In this document: positions 44,773 through 51,241 of the stretch, one piece after another
How the letters are laid out: each line of letters opens with the position of its first letter
Position numbering within the stretch: the first letter of the stretch is position 1
IMG/VR virus record: IMGVR_UViG_3300042363_001418
Coordinates: 1-51,241 of that record
Direction: 5' to 3' (one strand)
Source of the DNA: a virus
Lineage: Duplodnaviria; Caudoviricetes
DNA: 51,241 nucleotides
Notes under the pieces: generated by a model
The model's input: the letters and a program-made list of their open reading frames with translations, nothing else
The model's database searches: none
What the model was told of the DNA's origin: nothing
Position numbers and translations under genes: made by a program

Positions 44773-44970
44773 ATGCTATATAACGTTATTGTTGTTATCT
44801 TACTAATCGTTCATACTGCTCTGTGTCTACTAGTTGGATTTTACAGCGGTGAAAAGCATACGCATCGCGAAGCATATGAGAATGGTCTTATGACTATTGA
44901 ACGCGTTGGAGATAAGCGCAACTATCGCTGGATTGAGACACATAAAATTGGCTATGACTATGAGGAATAA
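44773..44970 (+). CDS. Membrane-anchored hypothetical protein
   Basis: N-terminal TM segment; GGAAC promoter at 44751. Confidence 0.6.
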   Translation: MLYNVIVVILLIVHTALCLLVGFYSGEKHTHREAYENGLMTIERVGDKRNYRWIETHKIGYDYEE

Positions 44971-44971
44971 T

Positions 44972-45112
44972 ATGACACCATATCAAAAACGAGTACAAGA
45001 GCTTGAGGCTGAAGGTCTTACGACGTCTGATGCGCAAGCAATTGCTGACATGGAGTTTGAAGCTATGAATGTTCCTGATTACTATCTTGCTTCTAGCAAG
45101 AGTTTCGTTTAA
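44972..45112 (+). CDS. Small hypothetical protein
   Basis: MTPYQKRVQELEAEGLTTSDAQ. Confidence 0.6.
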   Translation: MTPYQKRVQELEAEGLTTSDAQAIADMEFEAMNVPDYYLASSKSFV

Positions 45113-45133
45113 GGAACTCTAATACAATAAGAT

Positions 45134-45556
45134 ATGTCAGCAATACTAGAAGAAGTCTTGGACGATATGCACGATATCGAATACAAGAAGCTCTGCAATC
45201 TCACAGATGAGCTCATTGAGAGCGATAAGAAGCTTGTTGAGTTCTCTATCTTCAGAGATGTCAGCAGTAATATCGATAACTGGATTATCTCTGCACCAGA
45301 TATTACCTCGACAAACCCAATCATTAACGGCGAGGTTGTGTTCTTTAGTGATTACTGGCGCCTGACCGACCATCTCAAACCACACAGTAGAGAGATTGTA
45401 TCGCGCGTCTATACTAATCCAACCTGGAAAGATATTATCAACGCAGCAAATGTGATGATTGAGAGTACTTGTCAGTATACGCTGTACCTAGAAGGTCTTT
45501 CACCTCGGGGTGTTGCTGATGGAATAAAGCGCATTGAGATTGAGTTCGGTTCATAA
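45134..45556 (+). CDS. Hypothetical protein
   Basis: GGAAC promoter at 45113; NPTWKD. Confidence 0.7.
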   Translation: MSAILEEVLDDMHDIEYKKLCNLTDELIESDKKLVEFSIFRDVSSNIDNWIISAPDITSTNPIINGEVVFFSDYWRLTDHLKPHSREIVSRVYTNPTWKDIINAANVMIESTCQYTLYLEGLSPRGVADGIKRIEIEFGS

Positions 45557-45578
45557 GGAACTCTCATACAATAACTAT

Positions 45579-45848
45579 ATGCCAAAATTCAGAATCGTAA
45601 AGGAATCTCGTCAAAGAAACTCTCGCCTAGCTAAAGCGAAGTATTACATTCAAAGAAAATGGTTATTCGGGTGGCAAGATATTGTACCGTATGATATCGA
45701 TTCTGAGTTTTATGCCAGGGGATTGAGTTGGGATACCTTTGAAGAAGCTCTAGAAGTTTATCAAGAGATTGAACAAGTTCTCAAAATTAATAGAAAAGGT
45801 CCAGAGGTAGTCTGGCCAAAACCAGAACCTGGTTCATACTATCCGTAA
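45579..45848 (+). CDS. Hypothetical protein, related to 43078-43338
   Basis: FRIVK...YYIQRKWLFGW...EVVW; GGAAC promoter at 45557. Confidence 0.65.
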   Translation: MPKFRIVKESRQRNSRLAKAKYYIQRKWLFGWQDIVPYDIDSEFYARGLSWDTFEEALEVYQEIEQVLKINRKGPEVVWPKPEPGSYYP

Positions 45849-45950
45849 ATTATGAGTGCTACACCAAAAACAGACAAGATGCTTGATTGGTAGAACAAGT
45901 ACTCAAAGTACGTTTAGAAAGGTTTCATATATAGAGACTAAATATATGTA

Positions 45951-46385
45951 GTGAGACGAAATAAAAAACATACTAAAATAAGATATACCGGCTTATTTTT
46001 AGGTAACGATCAAGAGGTTCAGAACATCTGGTCTCACGAGGAGCTAGATTATTATTCTAAAAACATCAACCCTCTAACTGAGGAAGATTTAGTAAGTGTT
46101 AATGATGAAGGTCTTAGAGCATATAAGAATGTAAACAATTATAGTATAATGTATGTAAATGGTAAGAGAGAGCTTGGTCCTATTATAACTATACCTGAAC
46201 CGCATCCATTGTTTAATTGTCATTACATTTACAGCGAGGAAGAATTTGACTTTGGAAGAATGCAGGGCGTTACCAAAGATCACCCAATAAATGATGCTAT
46301 TGAAGTAATTATGGATCAAGTTGGTCCGTTTTTTGATAGTATTGAATATGTAGATGTAACCAATAGATACACTGAAGAGCAATGA
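45951..46385 (+). CDS. PETHPLFN-family paralogue
   Basis: IRYT; IPEPHPLFN; GACTAAATA upstream. Confidence 0.75.
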   Translation: MRRNKKHTKIRYTGLFLGNDQEVQNIWSHEELDYYSKNINPLTEEDLVSVNDEGLRAYKNVNNYSIMYVNGKRELGPIITIPEPHPLFNCHYIYSEEEFDFGRMQGVTKDHPINDAIEVIMDQVGPFFDSIEYVDVTNRYTEEQ

Positions 46386-46699
46386 GATACGCACTATTAG
46401 ATTTAAGAGGTACATCTGTCGTTAGCTTTCACGATCACAACGATACAGTTGAGCATTTGACTAAGTGGGGAAGCAAAAAAATAACACTAGGTAGTCGAAC
46501 TGTAAGACCTATAAAACATGAGGACGGGGTAATAGAATATAAGTTCTCTGAAGCATCATACTCTTTCTTTTTGCCCGAAGCTCACCCACTATATAATAGC
46601 GCAGTACTTTTTAACTCTTTTAATTTTCCTTTAAACGTACAATCGCAACAAAAAGCTAGAAATGCTATTATAGATCATTTAAGACAACTAAGACACTAG
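46382..46699 (+). CDS. PETHPLFN-family paralogue
   Basis: MRYA; LPEAHPLYN. Confidence 0.75.
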   Translation: MRYALLDLRGTSVVSFHDHNDTVEHLTKWGSKKITLGSRTVRPIKHEDGVIEYKFSEASYSFFLPEAHPLYNSAVLFNSFNFPLNVQSQQKARNAIIDHLRQLRH

Positions 46700-46745
46700 T
46701 TAGCGCTGAAGCTATATTATTTAAGTCGCAAGACTAAATATGTAA

Positions 46746-47018
46746 GTGAGATACAGGTTGTTTGATAGGTTTAATGAGTCTACATTCGCTAACAACGATG
46801 TATACCCTGATGATTTTGTTGATGCTAATGCAGAAGTAAACAAATATAAAACATCTAGGGACTTGGTAAAGTTTATGAAGAGTGGTACCACCACCTTTTA
46901 TTTTATACCAGAAACTCATCCGCTGTTTAATTACGGTTTAGACTTTAATGTGAGTGATGAAGCACACGAACATCTTCAAATGGTTATAGGTAAACAACTA
47001 AAATTGATATCTAAATGA
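46746..47018 (+). CDS. PETHPLFN-family paralogue
   Basis: MRYR; IPETHPLFN. Confidence 0.75.
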   Translation: MRYRLFDRFNESTFANNDVYPDDFVDANAEVNKYKTSRDLVKFMKSGTTTFYFIPETHPLFNYGLDFNVSDEAHEHLQMVIGKQLKLISK

Positions 47019-47335
47019 GATACACAAGTATAGAAAGATATGGTGATACTACTGTTGCTAATAAGCAGCTGGTTACCTCTGAGTATTTCAAGAAAAAAGC
47101 CACAAAAGACAAGCACCCAACTCCAGCGGCTGATGGTATTATATACTATATGCCATATACTGACCTCGCTACTATTTTCGTACCTGAAACACATCCGATC
47201 TTTAACTATTCTATGCTGGTGTATTCAGATGGGTACGCAAAGATTCACAGAGACAGGGTATATAAGGGTGATACTACCCTAGGTAACGATATGGTGGTCA
47301 TGGTAAATAAATTTGGTGATAGTGTAATTATATGA
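47015..47335 (+). CDS. PETHPLFN-family paralogue
   Basis: MRYT; VPETHPIFN. Confidence 0.75.
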   Translation: MRYTSIERYGDTTVANKQLVTSEYFKKKATKDKHPTPAADGIIYYMPYTDLATIFVPETHPIFNYSMLVYSDGYAKIHRDRVYKGDTTLGNDMVVMVNKFGDSVII

Positions 47336-47655
47336 GATACTCAGTAGCAGCAATTAACTTTACAGTTAAACCTGATCCTAACTCTCATGTACACACATAC
47401 AACTATATGGATTATGTAAAGTACAAAGATTTTTGGATAGGTGAGAATGCTGAGTTTAAAGGAGAACTAAAGGGAGGAGTAAAGGTATACTTTCTTATGG
47501 GTGTAGGTATAAATCAACATATTTATATAATACCCGAAACACATCCGCTATTTAATTATAGCTTTGTACCTGATTACCTTTTACAATATAGAGAGGATAC
47601 TGTTTCTTTCTATAAAACAATTAAAAGGGTAGGGTGGAACATGCTAAATAAATAA
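47332..47655 (+). CDS. PETHPLFN-family paralogue
   Basis: MRYS; IPETHPLFN. Confidence 0.75.
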   Translation: MRYSVAAINFTVKPDPNSHVHTYNYMDYVKYKDFWIGENAEFKGELKGGVKVYFLMGVGINQHIYIIPETHPLFNYSFVPDYLLQYREDTVSFYKTIKRVGWNMLNK

Positions 47656-47659
47656 GTAA

Positions 47660-48019
47660 ATGAGATACTCTTATATACAAATAACTGGCACTTTTTATCA
47701 GCCGTACTTCTATGTAAACGATGCGAGTAATTCTGTTGTTGAATATATAAAAAGAGAATTTGATTTTGTGGGTGCGTTAGATGGTGGTATTGAAATGTAT
47801 CTTGAGAAAGAGTTTTCTAGAGCTGCTCTCGTTCCAGAGACACATCCGCTGTTTAATTGCGGAGTAATATATAGTGCAAGTAAGTCATCTGATTTCTCGA
47901 CAGAGGGTGTGGGCACAACAGAGCAATACAGCAATATGAATAGGATGATCGAGAATGAGTATATTGTAAAGCTTTTAGATTTAATAGAAACAGCCCGCTC
48001 AAAGAATAAAAAGCCATGA
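47660..48019 (+). CDS. PETHPLFN-family paralogue
   Basis: MRYS; VPETHPLFN. Confidence 0.75.
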   Translation: MRYSYIQITGTFYQPYFYVNDASNSVVEYIKREFDFVGALDGGIEMYLEKEFSRAALVPETHPLFNCGVIYSASKSSDFSTEGVGTTEQYSNMNRMIENEYIVKLLDLIETARSKNKKP

Positions 48020-48318
48020 GACAATCCGCAATACTAACATCATTTGCTACAAGCTCTGGCACTATAAGAGCTATGTCTAGTACAGAGTATAGAGAGAAAG
48101 ATATACGGCTAGATATGAATAAAAGTAACTACAAGGGTAAGTTTGAGGATGGTACAGAGCTATATGCAGGTATAAATAGCTATTATTATATAATACCTGA
48201 GTCGAGCCCTCTCTTTAATTTTTACTTAGTTCCTGAAAATTTGCAAAGTATTGAAAGAAAAGATTATCATAATTTCCTTAGAGACATTAGAAAAATGGTA
48301 GTTGACGTGACTACATAA
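48016..48318 (+). CDS. PETHPLFN-family paralogue
   Basis: MRQS; IPESSPLFN. Confidence 0.75.
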   Translation: MRQSAILTSFATSSGTIRAMSSTEYREKDIRLDMNKSNYKGKFEDGTELYAGINSYYYIIPESSPLFNFYLVPENLQSIERKDYHNFLRDIRKMVVDVTT

Positions 48319-48380
48319 TAGTTTGTTGATGAAATAGTTTTTGTATCGCTCTAGTAAGGGAACTCTCATACAATAAGCGT

Positions 48381-48647
48381 ATGAAAGAAAGAAAGCCTAC
48401 TAAGAGAGATATTGCTAAGATTCTAGGTCGTCGCGTTGGTGGGTGGAATGACAAACGCACCGATCATAATCGTATTAAGCTTACTGATCAACTCTCGCAC
48501 AATACTATGATGCGTCTAGATAGTGAACTACATTGCATGTTCGAAGACTATAACTTCTGTATAGGGGATGTTATCTGGAAGTCTCACTTTGGCGGTAAGC
48601 GAGTTGTTACCGCAGTCAGATATTGGAAGAGGGGAACTCCAGTATAA
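48381..48647 (+). CDS. Hypothetical protein
   Basis: GGAAC promoter at 48359. Confidence 0.65.
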   Translation: MKERKPTKRDIAKILGRRVGGWNDKRTDHNRIKLTDQLSHNTMMRLDSELHCMFEDYNFCIGDVIWKSHFGGKRVVTAVRYWKRGTPV

Positions 48648-48653
48648 TAAGGT

Positions 48654-48800
48654 ATGAAGAAGATCAAACAACGAACCTTCGATTACTCTCCGATTGCTCT
48701 TAGAGCTCTAACACGCCACAAGCTTGCTCCTCCTACTAAGTTCTTTACAGATAGGAAGAAGCAAGCTTCAAAGGCCGCATGCAGACATAAGGAACACTGA
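48654..48800 (+). CDS. Small basic hypothetical protein
   Basis: Promoter at 48633; ends KEH* inside the next promoter. Confidence 0.6.
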   Translation: MKKIKQRTFDYSPIALRALTRHKLAPPTKFFTDRKKQASKAACRHKEH

Positions 48801-48812
48801 TAGAATAAACAT

Positions 48813-48989
48813 ATGGAAATTGACACCGTTGAACAAACTATTGAGAAGCTGATGACCACCATCAACAAGCTTACTGCAGTGACACATACAGCTATCGATC
48901 ATATCGATTGCGATACAAAGAGCAAAGAGCGTATGGAACTCCGCGACCAGCTCCTCGGTATTCTCAAGTATCATCACGCGCAGTATTAA
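48813..48989 (+). CDS. Small hypothetical protein
   Basis: Promoter at 48791. Confidence 0.6.
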   Translation: MEIDTVEQTIEKLMTTINKLTAVTHTAIDHIDCDTKSKERMELRDQLLGILKYHHAQY

Positions 48990-49016
48990 ACTAAAGGAAC
49001 TCCAATACAATTAGGT

Positions 49017-49160
49017 ATGAAAGAGACGTTCATAGTAATCGTCGGAGAGGGAGATGAGAAATTCAGCGTGTATTACGATGACTATGGTAATGCCGCAGAG
49101 TGCGCTCTAAGTTATAGAGAGCAGGGACAAAAGGTAAGGGTTGAGACAAAGGAACACTGA
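49017..49160 (+). CDS. Small hypothetical protein
   Basis: Promoter at 48996. Confidence 0.6.
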   Translation: MKETFIVIVGEGDEKFSVYYDDYGNAAECALSYREQGQKVRVETKEH

Positions 49161-49172
49161 TATAATCTTTAC

Positions 49173-49313
49173 ATGGAAGAGGATAAAAAGAAACAATTCG
49201 AAGAGCGTTTCAAACTATTCGAAGAATGCTGTGATATTGTTGATAGAGTCTTAGAAGAGAGACGTGCAGGTGCTTATGATGAGCAAATGAAAATAGTTCG
49301 TAAGGAACACTAA
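49173..49313 (+). CDS. Small hypothetical protein
   Basis: Promoter at 49151. Confidence 0.6.
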   Translation: MEEDKKKQFEERFKLFEECCDIVDRVLEERRAGAYDEQMKIVRKEH

Positions 49314-49325
49314 TATAATAAGAGT

Positions 49326-49511
49326 ATGAAACAGGACATCGACACCACATTCACTGTTACCTGGAAGTCGGTAACGCAAAGAGACCGGAAGACAGTTATG
49401 TTCAGCAAGCAGAGTGATGCAGAGGAATTCTACAAATTGAAGAAAGATAAAGACAGATTTCCTGCTCTCTACATTACTGAAAAGATCACCTCTACACGCC
49501 TACTGAAATAA
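49326..49511 (+). CDS. Small hypothetical protein
   Basis: Promoter at 49304. Confidence 0.65.
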   Translation: MKQDIDTTFTVTWKSVTQRDRKTVMFSKQSDAEEFYKLKKDKDRFPALYITEKITSTRLLK

Positions 49512-49540
49512 AAGGAACACCAATATAATAACATAACAAC

Positions 49541-49738
49541 ATGACCAACGAATACAATAACCTGATTGATGGGCTTAAGAAAGTGCTTGAAGCTAATGGC
49601 TACCGCAAAGGAACTAAGGCAGCTCGTACTTGCGAGTATAGCTTCCTTCAAGGAGCAGCTGTAGCAAATCCTGAGCTGATTAAGAATCATCCGATGATCT
49701 ATATCAGCATTGTGTCAGGACGTTCGATTCTTGACTAG
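49541..49738 (+). CDS. Small hypothetical protein
   Basis: Promoter at 49514. Confidence 0.65.
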   Translation: MTNEYNNLIDGLKKVLEANGYRKGTKAARTCEYSFLQGAAVANPELIKNHPMIYISIVSGRSILD

Positions 49739-49739
49739 T

Positions 49740-49874
49740 ATGAGTAGTTCAGCAAAGAGCAAAGGCGGTGTCAAGACCGTTCAATGGTGGAAGCATCTAC
49801 GCAAGTACTGGGGACGCGTGCAGAATAAGCGTGTGCGTAAGGATGGTAAGAAGGAAATACAGAAGGAACTCTGA
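49740..49874 (+). CDS. Small basic hypothetical protein
   Basis: QWWKHLRKY..R..NKRVR. Confidence 0.6.
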   Translation: MSSSAKSKGGVKTVQWWKHLRKYWGRVQNKRVRKDGKKEIQKEL

Positions 49875-49886
49875 TAGAATAAGAGT

Positions 49887-50108
49887 ATGACCGAAGAATA
49901 CATTCGCACCACCCTGCAGGTTCATCTCGAGAATGGTGATTCATTTACCACAGGTTTCAACTTGACGCCTGAGATGTTCAAGGGCAAGACAGTTCAAGAG
50001 ATCGTTGATAACTACTATGTCAATAGGAACTATTACACTCACGACGAAATCGCACACCGCATCACTCATGTTGATATACTTGGTGTAGCGGATGTGATTA
50101 CTGCATAA
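49887..50108 (+). CDS. Hypothetical protein
   Basis: Promoter at 49865; ENGDSFTTGFN. Confidence 0.65.
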   Translation: MTEEYIRTTLQVHLENGDSFTTGFNLTPEMFKGKTVQEIVDNYYVNRNYYTHDEIAHRITHVDILGVADVITA

Positions 50109-50130
50109 GGAACTCCGATAGAATAAGAGT

Positions 50131-50301
50131 ATGAACACTACCAAGATCGAAACACTCCAAGAGGTCAAAGAGAGACAATCACTGTGGCTGCCATGGATGG
50201 AAGAGAGTACAAAAGGATTGACACCAACATCTATGGTAGAGACAACTACTAAGGTACTGCCGTTCGGTAGATATCTGCTATCGATTACACCGGTAGACTA
50301 A
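50131..50301 (+). CDS. Small hypothetical protein
   Basis: Promoter at 50109. Confidence 0.5.
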   Translation: MNTTKIETLQEVKERQSLWLPWMEESTKGLTPTSMVETTTKVLPFGRYLLSITPVD

Positions 50302-50644
50302 ATAAGTGAGTGAGATATTCGGTTATAGAAAGATGGAATGAAGATATGGCTGTACCTAGTGTACGATTAGTAGATCCTAACGATCTCAAAAACCATAACA
50401 TACTTTCAGGTTCAGAAGGTGTATTACACTACAAGCAGAGTCGTGCACGTTCAACTTACTCTATCCTTATACCCGAAACACACGCTCTTTTTAACTACTC
50501 ATTGCTTGCTGCAAAACTTTCTTACGAGCTTGTTGCACATTCTACTGCAAGTGATAATCTTCAAAGTCTGATAGTAAATTTCGCTAATACGGTCATTACA
50601 CCTCCTAGAGAGAACTCCGGTAGACTAAATAAGTGAGTGAGATA
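50290..50644 (+). repeat. 28-bp perfect direct repeat (50290-50317 and 50617-50644)
   Basis: ccggtagactaaataagtgagtgagata, comprising late promoter plus GTG start. Confidence 0.9.
50310..50636 (+). CDS. PETHPLFN-family paralogue
   Basis: MRYS; IPETHALFN. Confidence 0.75.
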   Translation: MRYSVIERWNEDMAVPSVRLVDPNDLKNHNILSGSEGVLHYKQSRARSTYSILIPETHALFNYSLLAAKLSYELVAHSTASDNLQSLIVNFANTVITPPRENSGRLNK

Positions 50645-50987
50645 CTCAGGCGTAACAGTATATGGAGAGCTAGGACCCCTTGGCGGGTTCAATATAGTCA
50701 TCGATACTAAAGATGGTACAGAGCAAGCGCTTGAGTATGAGAACTACGAAGAAGCTGATTTTTATAAGGAAACAGATGATGGTGTAAGGATATACACTAT
50801 GAGTAATCATTCAGATCAGTCATACGGAAATGTACCACCAAGAGTATTCTTCATACCAGAGACGCACCCGCTGTTCAATCTATATAGAATAGAATTAAGT
50901 AACGAGCGATTTGAGTTTCTTAAACCACCTCGCGGAAAAGTTATTGATGATAGTGTAACGAATGAACTATTGACTATGATTAAATAA
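50637..50987 (+). CDS. PETHPLFN-family paralogue
   Basis: MRYS; IPETHPLFN. Confidence 0.75.
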   Translation: MRYSGVTVYGELGPLGGFNIVIDTKDGTEQALEYENYEEADFYKETDDGVRIYTMSNHSDQSYGNVPPRVFFIPETHPLFNLYRIELSNERFEFLKPPRGKVIDDSVTNELLTMIK

Positions 50988-50992
50988 GAGAG

Positions 50993-51241
50993 ATGAGATA
51001 CTCTGCTTACTTATTGAATATGTTCTATGACTCTGATTTGAAAGTATCCTATATGGGTTTTGGTACTATCGAACAATATAAGAAGCGTGGGTTTAAGGTG
51101 GCATCAGAAAAGGATGGCATGATACTTATGAAAGGAAATGCTAATCTTGAGTATGGTAAAGCAGTTCTTGTACCAGAGACACACCCTCTATACAATGAAG
51201 GAATGTTTAATGACGTTGATGGTGTTAAGGCTGAAGTCAGA
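50993..51241 (+). CDS. PETHPLFN-family paralogue (runs off the window end)
   Basis: MRYSAYLL...VPETHPLYN; TAAATA upstream. Confidence 0.75.
   Translation, partial: MRYSAYLLNMFYDSDLKVSYMGFGTIEQYKKRGFKVASEKDGMILMKGNANLEYGKAVLVPETHPLYNEGMFNDVDGVKAEVR

Noticed and set aside
1-51241. Stop-codon reassignment
   Set aside because: Conserved genes are intact in code 11, all three stops terminate genes, and no CTA, TTA or TCA suppressor anticodon was found.
45951-51241. Diversity-generating retroelement behind the paralogue diversity
   Set aside because: No reverse transcriptase in the window and no template/variable repeat pair with adenine-specific differences seen.

Overview
Fragment of a large, AT-rich dsDNA bacteriophage genome with T4-like transcription signals and the standard genetic code. 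A PVC/Verrucomicrobia-type diderm host is inferred from a PEP-CTERM protein and a secreted beta-barrel protein. There are no capsid or replication core genes. The window contains: a 23-aa-repeat fibre-like protein; a Cas4-like exonuclease; a three-gene NDP-rhamnose pathway; many small early genes; a lysis cassette; an RNA-gene region (about 16 intact tRNAs, two of them interrupted by related group I introns, plus tRNA remnants, a tmRNA and unannotated structured RNAs); five free-standing endonucleases; a MoxR AAA/metallopeptidase/vWA module; a RadA/Sms-like ATPase; and a 14-member 'MRY...PETHPLFN' paralogue family. Two motifs organise transcription, both typically 5-8 nt before a start codon with no Shine-Dalgarno: about 35 copies of GGAAC-N5-TATAAT (putative early promoter) and a (GAC)TAAATA late-type motif. 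The most novel-looking element is that two HNH genes each have a divergent hairpin RNA whose loop is exactly complementary to that HNH mRNA's start-codon region. All functional calls come from motif recognition by eye; no searches were run.
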